A stretch of 64,000 nucleotides of DNA from Lingula anatina (Eukaryota > Animalia > Brachiopoda). This document shows positions 26,037 through 42,036 of the stretch, one piece after another (the stretch's first letter is position 1; every line of letters starts with the position of its first letter). Where the stretch lies: positions 2,976,001 to 3,040,000 of the forward strand of contig CM120649.1 of NCBI GenBank assembly GCA_051362555.1, in the 5' to 3' direction. The notes beneath the pieces were generated by a model that searched no databases, had not been told where the DNA came from, and saw only the letters and a list, made by a program, of their open reading frames with translations. Both the position numbers and the translations under genes were made by a program.

Positions 26037-26512
26037 CTTGATACTTTTAATCAAACCAACTCAGAGCCAGTATTTTACCTAGAGCCTTGCTTTCGAAAAA
26101 AATAAACGGCAAAATTATTCTTATATGTGTGCCATGAAACATTATCATCGAATTAAATCGAGCTAAAATAATTTTACACGTGGTTTATAACATCAAATAA
26201 AACGTAAAGCTTTATAACAATTAAGAAAACATATGCTCACAATTAAGTTTATAGCTAAATGATAGCTTTGTACCAAGTTGACCTTGAACTTGTAAACATT
26301 AGATCTTACTCCCCGGTAAAGCCTCGTTTACAGAAAAACCTAAACACGTACAAACAAATGTAAATAAATATCTACATTGAGTTTCCACTTCAGTTTTCAG
26401 AGTTACATGCTAACCACAGTAAATTGTGCAAACCGGCAAACAGAACAGGAAACTCTTCAATTTGGCATCCAGAAGGCGTTTTATTATAAAGAAATAACTG
26501 TTTTAATTCACA
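26037..26512. promoter_or_regulatory. Probable bidirectional promoter RSF1 / EPSTI1-like
   Basis: Divergent start codons only 476 bp apart; YY1-like AAGATGGCG overlaps the RSF1 ATG; CACGTG near 26177; IRF-like AGTTTCCACTTC near 26380. Confidence 0.55.
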
Positions 26513-29500
26513 ATGAGCAAGACTTTCACAAATAGGGCGTCCACTACCGGTACTCGCCCCACAAATCCAGCAGCGAGGGGAAGGGGGAGGGGGAGGGGGG
26601 TTGGAAGAGGTCAAATGCCACCAAAAAATCCCAGAGAACCGAAACCGAAAATGGACGAACAACAAGAACAGCAACCGCAGGATCTGGAACAAAGAGTTGA
26701 ACAGTGAGTTACAGATAGGGTTAATTTTTCAATAATAAAACATGATAAATATATACTAAGCAGTAATGACTCTGTTTTCAATTGGTTTTGATACCTTTGT
26801 AAAAGTTCCAAAGTATTGAACAATTAACTTTCTCGTTGTTAAACTGGATAAACGTAAATATAAAGAAATGCACACTGTCCAAAGGTCATACAGTATGTCC
26901 ATGTCTAAATATCCTGTACAATTACTTACATTTTTCAATAAAGACCTAAAATTGATAAAACTTCTCAAATGATAGTGCATGATGTTTAAGTATTTTCTAC
27001 TGAAATGTCAGGAGGACTATTAGTACTACATGTAGTACGTACAAGTATAGCTGTCTGGATTGGGTCATGCATTGTTATTCCCCTAATATTAATTGTAACT
27101 TCTGTACATCATTACTCCCCCAAAGTTATGATATTCCCAATATAAACGCTTTTCTACATGGTCACCCTCCGCACTGATAATATTCTACCGGTACTCCTCT
27201 ACTTCTGCTGCACCCTTTCTGTTATACTTCTCTCATTACAGTCGCGGTGGTTACTCCGTGATATCTCCTAATGAGAAGAAGAGACAGGAAGTAACAAACC
27301 GTAAGTTCTGTGTCTGTGGTACTGGTACATGTTTTTTGTAAGTTTTTTAATGTACTTGGCTGCCACGTGGTCCAAGTGGTCCTTTTGCACATGTCAAAGT
27401 CATTTTTATATATGCAGATTTAACCATGCATGCTGTCACTCCAAATACAAACAAAAACCGACTGAAACCTAAATCATGGAACACCAAATAAATTATTTCT
27501 CTTTGTGTAAGAGTTAAGATACTTGCAGTGCATTGTAAATCAGTATTCTATGACTTTTTTTATTGATAGAGGCTGCCAAGGAAACAGAAGCTTATGAGAA
27601 GCACAAACAACAGTCAAAACCAACTTATGTGTCTTATGTTGGAACAGTAGGTAAGGGGGAATCCATTTCAGTCACAGTCTCCCTCTGCTATATTAATGAC
27701 CAGTAAGAGCCTAAAGATTAAGAGGTGTACTTGTCAAAAAAATGAGAGATTTTTTACCTTGTCTTACCTCAACTTGGCCTATGGATGCAAGGTGGTCTCA
27801 TTAGTCTCCCAAATGCTCTCTCTTTGTCTGTCATTTATCATCTATTGCTTTGAGGTTTGTGAGTGTATGGAAACGATCAAAACAACTGCAACTTCCAGTT
27901 GCAATTTATTACTTTGTGTTCACTGAAAAAGAGTTGTGAAAGGGTCACAATACTTGGTAAATTTTATTTGTATTTTTCCATTTTCTATAGATTTTTAACT
28001 CCAGGCTAGTTCTTTTAAATCTACGCTAGTTAGTATGATAATGATATAATTGTATAACAATAGTTTTACAGAACAAATTTTCAGAATACCTTAAAGCCAG
28101 TAGTTCAGAATCACTTAATTATTTTATATTTAATATCATATTATTCTAGGAGGGGGTTCAGTAAGTGAAGATGAGGTTAGAAAGAAAGCACAAACACAAC
28201 AACGTCAGGCAAAGTATAACCGTTTGGTAAGAGCAAATGTTTGATTATAATGCTTAATGTCAATTGAAACAAAGTTTTTTTTTAAAACAGATTGTGGAAA
28301 TAATGGGATTAAAATAAATGAAAAATGACTGTGAAATGAGATAAATGATGTGAAACTAATTATTTGCCTTAACATGTGGAAATTTAAACCCAAAGATCAT
28401 GTTTATACAAAATAATTGGAAAACTTTTGTTTAATGAAAATCACGTAGCAAAAGAGTCAGCAATGGAGAGATGAGAAAAGACAGAGAGAAGAAGCTGAGT
28501 TTGAAAAGAAGAAAACTGAACAGAGGAGGAAGGTGAGTCACAACCAGTCACAATTCAGTTATAAGCCATTTGCTCAACTAAAGCAATACTGTGTTTTCAC
28601 TGCATGTTTGAAATGTTTGTTAAACTACCACTGACATCATTGCATAGTGTTACTTTGAAAAATGAACTGGTTTACATAAGTCATGCTTGTGTCGGTGAAA
28701 TTTACCTTTACCTTTACACGTACAAGTGTTATTTCAGGATATCAGTCCATAATACCGACCTTAACCTCTTTTTGACATTGATTATTGTTATTATTTTTAG
28801 GCTGAGGAGAAGGAGAGGAAAGATGCTGAGAGGGGAAAGGGGCTGAGAGAGGAACATAGAAGGTGAGGGGATCTTTACAACATTGATTAGGTTACTGATT
28901 CATTATAACATGGGCTAGCTAGGTTACTGATTGGTAGACACTGCAAAGTATCAGGACAAAATCAGTAGATGTTATGTTATTATATGTAATACTAGAGCAG
29001 TTATGGAGGGTTGATCATTGACCGTAGATGTGTAAACTGTCAAGTATCACAAAAATTGTTAATTTTTTTTTACAAGAAATAGAAAATTTTTTTGTTGCTG
29101 AAAATGTTTTTAAGATAGTGACAGCAAAAGAAAAATAATGAAAAAGGAACTGAAAATCCAATTTTTATAGTTTATGCATCCAAGAAGGATATTTTATGCC
29201 AGAACTATATCGAAATTGCTAAATCTATATATATATATTTTCATTATTTTTAATTTTAGACATAATTTAGCATTTTTTGAGAAGAAATTTGAGGCTCAGC
29301 AACAAACTCAGCAGCAAGAACCACAGAGAGAAAAACTGCAGCAAAAGGCACCACTAGAAACTCGACCAAAGTCAAAACCCAAAAGTTCAATAAAATCAGT
29401 CACTGAATCTTTAAATGCTGCAACCTTACATTCATCCCCTCATGCACACCATGGCAGTGGCAATAATGATACTGTGGCTCCATCTATTGAGGAAAACTTG

Positions 29501-29677
29501 TACCATGAAGAAGACTATGAAGATGAGGCTGCTGGTTATTATGATGACTGTCATGAAGAAAGCTGTGAACTTGACCAACTATGGGCTCTGTTTCCTAATC
29601 ATGAAAGGAGCTATCTTGAAGAACTTCTGGAAGACACTGGGTCTATTGAAGCTGTGGCAGCCATCTTGGCAGGATGA
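26513..29677 (+). CDS. EPSTI1: Epithelial-stromal interaction protein 1-like coiled-coil protein with C-terminal CUE/UBA-like domain
   Basis: Exons 26513-26703, 27242-27300, 27570-27650, 28150-28226, 28449-28532, 28801-28862, 29260-29677, all GT-AG and in phase. Protein GGYSVISPNEKKRQEV..AAKETEAYEKHKQQ..VGGGSVSEDEVRKK..AKY..REEAEFEKKKTEQRRK..HNLAFFEK resembles the recalled EPSTI1 core (YTLIAPN..RR, LGGSQSETEVRQKQ, SKY, EEAE..KMKAIQREK). AATAAA near 29890. Confidence 0.75.
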
Positions 29678-30290
29678 TTGGATTGGGATGGATTTTTTTT
29701 GTGTCTTTTTTATCTTTTCATAATACAAAGACATTTCCAGAAAAGACTGTGCTGTTATAATAATTATTTTTTAAATTGTTTCTTTTTGTTTTAAGTAAAA
29801 CGTTGCATACATCTTCTATACATATTATATATTGACTGTGATATTTATTTTTTTATTTTTTGTTTTTTGGTTTTTTTGCAAATATCATGAATAAAAGGTG
29901 GATGGAATAATATTGCACATCTTTGAGAAGAATTAATTATTTAATAACATTAAAAGATATAATTAATGTGCCATTGTAAGCGTTAATACTGTCTGTCCAG
30001 AATTTTCCTCCTGTATTAGACTGCATGATCTAAGACCGTGAAAATCTAAAATGGAGCATAACATGGGACAGAAAGCGGTCTTCAGACTTGTCATATTAAC
30101 CCCTAAACATTTCAGCCATTGTTTTTATAAAGTTGTCAATTCATGGATGTCTTTGCCTCTGTTAAAAATCAAAATGTGTATCCAGTGCTTGGCATTTTTG
30201 ATGCACCCCCCCCCCCCCCATGGCACCACCTATAATACAAGTGTTATTGCTAGAGTCATTATGGCATTATCACCAGCAGCGTGCAGCTAT

Positions 30291-30304
30291 CAGGGCCGTA
30301 GCCT

Positions 30305-30339
<35 letters not shown>

Positions 30340-30720
30340 CTGGGATTTGAGGTGCAAAAAAATAATTGCAAAGGTAAAAAAAAATAATTGCAAAGTTGGT
30401 ATCAATTCAGTGAGAAAATGCACTCATGGCCACTAGACAATCATTCAACAATCTTTTTACAAAGGTGTACCGTTTTTAGCCAACTCAGTTAATGCCAAAA
30501 AGCTGTGACTGTAAATGACTGTACTTATGGCAAAATGAACCCACAATTTCTGACTTCTGATTGAGAAATAAATAACAATGAAAATGCACCAGAATGCAGT
30601 ATTATACATACAGCTTTTAAAATTTTTCCACACCCTTCCCCTCAGGGGCTTCCCCCCTCGTGTCCGCTTACTGCCCCCCCCCCCCCCCCCCCCTGGCATT
30701 TTGCTCAGCCTACGGCCCTG
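30291..30720. mobile_element. hAT-like MITE with G/C-run subterminal tracts
   Basis: TIRs CAGGGCCGTAG / CTACGGCCCTG; no clean TSD. Confidence 0.65.
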
Positions 30721-32118
30721 GCTAATGGCTACTTTTTCCTGGTAAAGTCGTGTCCGGAATTCCTTATAAGAACCAGTAGTTTGTCCCTACCCCTCGCTCG
30801 ACCCCCCTGTATAAGTCGCGTCTATATAATCCCGTATTTATTAAGAACCAGTAACTTGCCCACACACCTGTGAAAACGCTTCCATAAATTAATTTTGAGA
30901 ACCCGTAGCTTACCCCCCCCCCCCCCCCCCCAGGGTAATTGTGTCTGTGATTATTCCTAAAAAAAAAAGCTTCAATGCGGGTTTTTTCATTATGTGATAT
31001 CCACATTACGGCCTCTTCCCCCCCCCCCCCCCCCCCCCCCCCCCCATTCCCTCCCCCAGTTTCAAAGATACACGGAAACTGATATAATCAAGATGACTTG
31101 CAATTTGGAGGTACAAAAGTGAAATATCCGGCTAACATTAATATTGGATTTGGAACTTGCAGTAGCACTTTCCCATAATGCTACGTACTTTTCCTACAGG
31201 CGCTTCTAGTGTTTTGAAAAGCATAACGGTAGCCTGCGGGTTTTCTCTATTTTAACGATGGTGAATTAGCTGTGTTGCCCGTAGAAAGACTGCTATAAAA
31301 CCACAACCGGAGGGGAGACCTCATTTATTGACAGACTTTTTCAGGGGATAAGGCAATCAATACTTTCTCTGCTTCTTGCTGTTTCTTGTCAGAAAATGGC
31401 AGGCGCTTCTTCCCACGCGCGTCCATAGAAAACATCGACTTTTGGAACATCGGCGTTTGCTAAGAAGGAATTTTAAGAGTTCATCTTTAATGTGCTGTGA
31501 CCTTAAGTGTATATTAAGAAAAGGTGATCGACAGGACAGTTGCCTAGAAAAATCCTTGCGTCGGCTTAAGGGGGTAGTTGACCGTAAGAAGACGGACTTA
31601 ATTTAGTATATATCGGATTCAGCATCAGAAACTAAAAGTAAAATTTCCATCGGGATTGTTTTTTGGCTCAACGGTGAATTCGCAGATTTTATTTTACTAG
31701 GAATGAAGGATTACAAAACACTTTTGGCAATTGAACGATGAAGGAAAAGGGACTGAGATGAACGTTGATGGTCTGAATCCTCGTTTACGCTTCAAAGAGG
31801 CGCCAAAAAGATGTAATACTGGAATGATTCTCTCGGTGAAGCAGAAAAGGGATTTACTTTCCGGTTTACTGTCAATGATTAATTATTACGCTATAGGGAT
31901 ATACGAACCTGAAAAATGACCGAACTTATGTAAAAGAAAACAAATTTACGATAAGGATCGGCAACAGTTCGTTAAGCTTTTTCAGAACTTGCAATATCCG
32001 CTGAGAAGTGAAAAAAAAAAACGCAATTCAGAAAGGTACAGAAGGACATTTTTCCGGTAGCTTTTTGGATAAAGGCCACTTTTTTTGTTCTGGACGTTAC
32101 AAGAGACTAAAAATTGTC

Positions 32119-34433
32119 ATGGAGTCCTCGGTTCCACCTTTCTTCTGGGTTGTTCTGTCCTGTTGTTTGCTGCAGTTTGGAGGAGCGTCTGGAGACGTGT
32201 CGAATTCTGAAGGTAAGAAAACAAACAAACAAACAAATAAATAAATGTCATTAAAAGGGTTTGAGACAGAGGACTTATTTATCTTAGATTTTCTTTAATT
32301 TCACCTGATGTATTAATCTATTAATTTGCTGGCCCACTGTGAGTGGTCTAGATCCCTTTAGCGGTTTGCCCTTTCAAGAATCTTGATATTCCAATACTAG
32401 AATATAATAGTATAATTATAAAACCATTCTTTGTTATTTATGGATGTATAATAAATTCACAATTTATCGTGGGTTAATATTGCGGAAAAGCGACATTTCT
32501 CCAACTGTATATTGAGCGGCAATGTCATTAATTGGGAATACATGTTTTGCGTGACAATGAAGAGAAAGATGAAATATAAAGATGGAGATGTAAAATAAGT
32601 CGATTGTAGGAACCCTTTTCAATGGTACACTATAGATCTTTGCTGTACAGTTAGACATATTGATAATCCTGTTAGGCAAAAAGATTCACAAGTTTCACTA
32701 TGGAAAACAAACCAATGTTTTAATCACACTTTTTTAGGGCAAGTATTTTTATTTTTTATCTTTTTTTTATTTTTCTGTATATGTTACATTGATTTGTTGT
32801 TTGTAGTTCAAATATTTTCAAAGGAAAATAGTTTTAAAGTGGTATACAGTTACTACAGGCGACAAATGCACCCAGAAAAACCAAGGCAATTCGCGGTGGG
32901 AATAAATGACAAAAATATTGATCATTTTCAATGGGGAAGCATGTGGAGGTAATGGCGAATAAATGAAAAACTGTTCTGTTAATTGCTTTGTGGGGCAGGG
33001 GAAATCTCTAATTTAACTTATTTGACAGATGCACCAGGTGGTGTCGTTCACTTTTATAGATTTTTATTCTCTTAAGTTTCACAAGTCAGTTTTTTCTTTT
33101 GCTCAGCATTGTTAAATTATAAATGCATCAAATGCGAAGGAGGTGGGTGGGTGGCGAGCGATGTAAATAGTTAATTAAAGAAAAAAGAAGAGAGAAAGGT
33201 ATCCCACACGAAGATTAAAGTTTTTATTCCTCCGAGAGGGGGTGGGGGTGGGAGGGGGGGCGCCTATGTTTAACCCCTTCCTGTGCCTTAATTTTGAAAA
33301 CGCTCTCCCGGAACAGTGGGGTCTATTATATAGTCACTGTATTGACCGAAACTGCTTATGTCATTCTTGATTTGTTAACCTATTTGTTCAGATGGTCTAA
33401 TTGAATTAATTAAGCAGGCTAGAGATCGAACGCTGTCCTGTATTTGTGGGACAGAAAGCGGGTATCTGACTATTACAAAGAGGTGGCTGGAAGGCATAAG
33501 TGACTCAACGTGTATGATTTTCCCACTGGTCATGTGGCAGATGATGAGCCGCCAACCGAAACATTGAATCTTATTTTTTCGATGTATCAATGTTTCGCTG
33601 TTAGATCAGGGGTGTTGGGTCTCTCTCTCTCTCTCTCTCTCTGTGTTTGGGGGGGGGGGGGGGGGGGGCAACACCCCATTAATACCCGAAAAAACGTGTA
33701 TTTGACTATCACGAGACCTTACTCTTTTAGTCTTAATTAATTCAATGATAAAAAGACAGAAAATTATATCACTTTGAAATCACACAATTCTGAGAGCACA
33801 CATTTGACGATAGACTCGATATACCAGTAACTACATGTAAGTGTAATAAGAACGATGCCAACGTTTTCCTATGTGTATTAAAATACAGTGTTTTATTTTT
33901 ATCCTGTTTAATGAACATGTATAATTATCATCACAAATTCTAGATATACAATGGCAAGTATTTCTGTATTTTCAGTTCATAACCGACGTGAGGTTCGTGA
34001 GAGTTACGAGGAAAAGTTGATCACGGATCTGTTTGCTGATTATGACAGCCGGTCGCGTCCCCGTCTTAACTCCACAGAAAGCGTGCAAGTCAGAGTGAAG
34101 TTTGTGCTAGTGCAGCTCAATAATCTGGTAAATGTGATGCACACAGGTTCAACGCGCTAGCGTGCACACACACGCACATAAACACGTGAAGAACATTAGT
34201 CGAATTGAAAGCTATGCAGCTGTAACAGGTGGGGCACGTTACACACGCGCTCTCATACACACACGCACACACACACACACACAGTACTTCTTATATAGGG
34301 ATTCCTATACCTTACAAACACACATGTTAAAACGTAGTCTGACATATTAATGAAATGTCGTTTATATATTAATATTATTTTGGCGTACAACTCATAAAAG
34401 TTTCCATAGTTTTCTCATTATTCTTATAATCTC

Positions 34434-34482
<49 letters not shown>

Positions 34483-37400
34483 GTGTTTGATTTATCCTTC
34501 TTTATCGATTCCCATATTATAAAACTACAGAATCCTTTATGTACCTGTAAGCAAAACTTATTAACCACAATACACATCGGCATATAATCTACACATGGTT
34601 TGCTGTAAAGTCTACACTATGTTATCTTTTATTCGATTTCCTTGCAATAGATAGCACGGAGTATAATTGATGTTTTTGCGTTTAGGACGAGAAGGTTCAA
34701 ATTTTAGCAACATCCGGATGGATGGAGGTGGTACGTATCTTTTTATTTCATTGATATATGCCTTTAGTGGGAAATTCCCTCTGATGTCTTTATTTGAAGA
34801 AATATGGAAAGGCCTTTGTTAACCACTTTCCGATGAAAGCCATTATTGCGTGATTGCAAAAGGTTTTCAAAATTCATAGGAAACCGCTCACAGGCGCATG
34901 AAAGAGTACCTTTATCACAGCTGACTTTGTATCCATGAATAGGTACAATGTAATATCACAGTAAAGTGCCACGTCAACGACGGACACATTTTCTGTAATA
35001 TTTGCATAACTGATCTGTATCACTTTTTAATTGCTGTGGATTTCTGTCTATATTGGAGGTTACTATAGCATAAAGCGAAGCAGATGAGGGAAGTCAGAGA
35101 CATGCAAATACTCCACAGAAAGTGAGTATCGATCACTCACGTGACTCAGACGTTCCTTTTTTAAATTTAATAAATTTTTGTACACTTTAGGAGTGGCAGG
35201 ACGAACGGCTGACGTGGGATCCCAAGCACTATGGTGGTCTGCGGTCAGTGGTGGTCTCCTCCCAGATGCTATGGCTGCCAGACATCGCCCTGCAGAACAG
35301 GTGGGTTACTGGAGAGAGTGTCACAATCTGTCTTTGGCTTTTTTATTTGGCTTTTTCGTGATTTTTCTCATTTTTTCGGAAAACTGAGACCTTTGAGGTT
35401 CGTAGGCAGGGGAGGTTCGGTTCGGGGGTTCGAATCGAAAGAATCTCCCCTTTGACCGGAAAAGGTCCGCTTTGAAACAAATTGTTCTCGGTATAATTTC
35501 ATTTTTCAAGTTTGGAACTAATTAAGGAGAAAAACGGGCCACTTTTTCAGAAAAAAATCCATGTTTAAAATTGATGGCGAAAGGCCAATCTTTTTTTATT
35601 TCTTTCAGCGCGTCCGAGATCTACCATTCATCTTTCCAAGACGCCAAGTTTCGCATCACGGTCGGGAATACAGGCCACGTGTTATGGCTTCCTGGCGGGA
35701 AATTCTTCACCAACTGCGAGCTAGATATTCAATATTTCCCCTTTGACGACCAGACTTGCAAGCTGCACTTCACTAACTGGGCATACACTGGACTACAGGT
35801 TAAAAGAATGAATGAAATATTTTACATTGATACCTACCTTTAAAGATGCATACAAAGTCAATTTTTTGTCACAAAAACCAACCAAATGCCAGCATATAGT
35901 TTCAAGTAGTATAACTAAAAGAATTACCAAAAGGCATTGTTTAATTTTACCCAAAAATGATGTTTGAACGGATTTTTCTGCTGGCATTCTAAGCTGTATG
36001 TCAATGGGGCAGGAAAGTAGGTCACGAAAGTAGGTTAAATTTACAACTAAAAATTTAAAGAAAGGAGCAGTCTAAAGGTCTTTTATGGCTGATCAAGTGA
36101 TCTGTTCAGTTTATCCCTTGGCATGTCGAATTTATTTGAGTCATATAAGAATCTAGTAGAAGTGGTTTACATGTGTTACTGGGAATTCACGCTCCACCGA
36201 TGCTCGGTTCGTATGTACCTTTAAATTAACGCCGCTATTTTGATGGTTTATTTTCAAGGCCCAATTTAAAAAGGCCATTTCTAGATCTTACGCTTGCTTT
36301 TGCATAGACTTTCGTGAGGTATTTTAAAGATTAAATTATGATTCTATAGTTATCTGGCTTTTTGCTTCACTCAACAGTTTATCCTGAAAAAAGCACATTA
36401 TACAACCAATCATTTTATTTTTACCAATAATGAATATACGTCCTTCTTAGGCGTAAGAAATATCCATAGAAACATTTAAATCATAATTCAACATTCACAT
36501 TTCAGGTGAATCTCCTCAACGCCTCGTCCAAAATCCCCCTGGAAAATTACAAACTGAACGGCGAGTGGGACATCGTCGCCACCAAGGCGTCCCGCGAGGA
36601 CGTGTACTTCTACTGTTGTCCCGAGGTCCCCTATCCCAGTGTCTACTTCACCATTTTCATGCGCCGGAAGTTTCTGTATCACCTGACGAATATCGTCACG
36701 CCCTGTTTGATGTTGTCTATTCTGGTGGCTGTGGTGTTCTATTTGCCCCCTGATGACGGAGAGAAGATAGCACTGGGGATTACTGTCTTGCTGTCTTTCT
36801 CTGTTTTCTTGTTACTGATTGCGGAGAGCATGCCCAGGATTTCTGAATCGGTGCCGATTATTAGTAAGTTAAATAAGTTTTTAAAAGAGATTTTCAAGAA
36901 CGCCAAATTTAGTTTTTCTTTTTCTGATTTTATTTCATGTATGAGTCTCAAGCTCACATGAGTACAAATAGGGGTCGTGAAAATTTCCAGTCAAATATAT
37001 ATTTAAATAATGCCTTAGGAACTCTCATTTTCTCTGTTTGAATTCAAATATGTAGATTGAAAATAATTTTATAATGATATCGAAAAAAAATTAATAATAC
37101 AAAAAAAAAAAAAAAAAAAATTGTAATGTCCCAACGTTTGTCTCATCAAAGGACGTGCATCTCAAAATATATCTTTTAATTTATATTTTTACAATATTTG
37201 CTTTCAGGTATTTATTTGTCCATTTTCATCGGCCTGACCACAGTGTCTATCTTCTGGACTGTTCTAGTTCTTAACGTCCACCACCGGACCATCATCACCC
37301 CTGTCCCAAAGTGGCTGCGCCTCCTCCTCTTTGAATGCCTGGCGCGCATGCTCTGCATGCATCACGTGGTGCCAAAAGCAGACGATCAGAAAAACGGCGC

Positions 37401-37824
37401 CAAAAGAGACTCGAAATATTCAGAAATGGGCGAAGATGGAGAAAACTCGCATTTGATGACGCCCTTGGATCATGTCGGCGCTCGACTGAGTAGTCAAAGA
37501 ATAAGTACAGGGTCGAATGGAATTGAAGGACCAATACGCTGCGCCCTGCATGCGCCATCGTTTAGTGTTCAAAAGTCCAAATCCCCTTACGTCGAGCGAT
37601 CCTACTTCACCAGAATGTTGGAGGAGGTCGTGGATCACCTTCGCTTAATGAGTAAAAACCGCAGAGAGGAAGAGGAAGAGGAATGGCAGAGATCAGAATG
37701 GCGGGCAGCCGCCTGTATAATTGACAGGTTTTTCTTTTTGCTGTCCATGGCGATCATTTTGGTGTCGTCTGTAGCTGTCCTTTTGTTCATTCCGCTGAAT
37801 AAGCCTGATCTCAAGGTGACCTGA
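32119..37824 (+). CDS. Cys-loop ligand-gated cation channel, nicotinic acetylcholine receptor alpha-type subunit (alpha7/9/10-like exon layout)
   Basis: Exons 32119-32212, 33976-34127, 34686-34730, 35191-35300, 35609-35798, 36506-36863, 37208-37824. Signal peptide; WQDERLTWDP; WLPDI; Cys-loop CELDIQYFPFDDQTC; loop C vicinal cysteines YFYCCPEVPY; M1-M2 linker PPDDGEKIALGITVLLS (cation-selective GEK); M3, M4 (EWRAAACIIDRFF). Confidence 0.95.
34433..34480. repeat. (CT)n microsatellite
   Basis: Direct reading. Confidence 0.95.
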
Positions 37825-38956
37825 GACAATCACTGAATAATTGAATAATTCTTGTAGAGCTACATGTACCCAACTGTTAGAATTGGAAGTCTTCTGATCT
37901 GAACACAAGAGATTATTACTAAAACCAAATGAAACAAAAAACATGGAATAATTTTGAATGTCGGAACTGATCCACTGACCATTTTCCCATAAGAAATCGT
38001 CGTTTACCCCGGGAAATCCGTTTAATGGCACTTTTTACCGCCAAATTGAACTGTAGTCATCCCTCATCCGACACGTGCACGACAGTAATTAAATAGTAGA
38101 AAATCAAAGTCACGAACTTATTATATGCAAAATACGGATCAAGTATTGCACATCGCTTTTTAAAATGATGGAAGGATTTATTGTCAACAGAAAAAAATGT
38201 TTTGTTAAATGGATTGCTTGCAATATCTTGCATGAATGAATTAGGGGGCATATTGGCAGTTGGTAGAATTGATTGCATAAAATATGCCTTAGTGGCTTCA
38301 ATGTCTTTTTTCTTCCTTTATGGATAGAGTACGGGGGGCGGAATCCATGATTTTGTTTTGGGAATAGGAAATGGAACATCCCGCCTCGCCCCGCCTATGC
38401 TTGCCATTTCATTCACTCACAGCTCAAGAGATTCGACGTTTTTATTGCCATTATATGGCTCTTGGTGTTTATGTTAGTTTAAATTGGTTTAAGAGTTGAA
38501 ACTGCGTTTAACGCACATATTAATCGTTTGAGTAGATGGAAAAGTAAGTATGAGATCATCGTATTTCTGTTTATATAATTTGCCGTGAATGAAATAACGT
38601 GAATTTAAATAAAATAAAGATTTTTTTGAAAGATTGAGATCAATTTTGTACTTAAAACATGAGTCTCTTCAATGGGCATGTTGTGGCTGTTTGTAAATTA
38701 GCCCCACCTTCCATACAAATCGTAACTTAACGTCAAAATTTGCAAGAAATTTGTGTTTTTCTTATTAGATGTATTGGAGCTAGAACGTCAAATACTTGTA
38801 TTTATGGAACATAAGAATGTTAGGCATAATTTGTGTCTGTTAGACTACGTCATGCGGTATATTTTATCATTATCTCTTTTCAATCTTAATAAATTGTTAC
38901 AATCTAAACGGTGAACAACGTGTTATTTTTTATTTGACATCTTTCAGCAACGTTTT

Positions 38957-39124
38957 CAGACCCGTAGCCAGGGGGGATTCGGGGGGATCGAAAGAACCAC
39001 CCTTTTTGCTGGGAAAAGGTCCACTCTGGATAAAAACTTGATCTAGGTACATGAAGTTTTCATGGGAAAAGGTCCACTTTTTCAGAAAAAGAACCCCCTT
39101 TTGAAATTGCTGGCTACGGGTCTG
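38957..39124. mobile_element. hAT-like MITE (family B)
   Basis: 15-bp TIR CAGACCCGTAGCCAG / CTGGCTACGGGTCTG; internal GGAAAAGGTCCAC blocks shared with 54160-54351 and a partial copy at about 35400-35560. Confidence 0.75.
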
Positions 39125-39458
39125 GTTTTGTTGGAAATGCCGTAATAAGAATTGTACATGACATTATAATTAATATATAACGACAGTATAGATGTATTGT
39201 CGCCTTTGTCGCCCCCAAATTTAAGCAAAAAAGCATTGGTGTTAAAATTATCTCTGTCTTTTGATTCACAATAAACATACTGTTCAATATAATATTTCAA
39301 TAGTGACATGTTGAGTGGTAAATCAATAGATAATTCATGAACGGCACTTAATTTTGAAGTAAATGAATGTTTCAAAGTTTCTGTAGCTTGTCTTGTATAC
39401 TAAAACCTATCCTCACCATCGCCATCTATGCTCTCCCAATATCTCGCAATCTCTCGCA

Positions 39459-39489
39459 GTTACTATAGCCACAAGCTTACCCACGTGAC
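39459..39489. promoter_or_regulatory. X-box-like (RFX) motif and E-box upstream of the CFAP97-domain gene
   Basis: GTTACTATAGCCAC at 39459-39472 resembles the consensus GTTNCCATGGNAAC; CACGTGAC at 39482; about 120 bp upstream of the ATG of a ciliary gene. Confidence 0.5.
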
Positions 39490-39591
39490 CAAACAACAGA
39501 AGCCACCTGTGTTTATCAGGTGTTGTAAAATAACAGCGAAAGCACCTGCACGATTCACCCTGCAACCAGATAGACGCGCTAATTAGTAATC

Positions 39592-42036
<2,445 letters not shown>

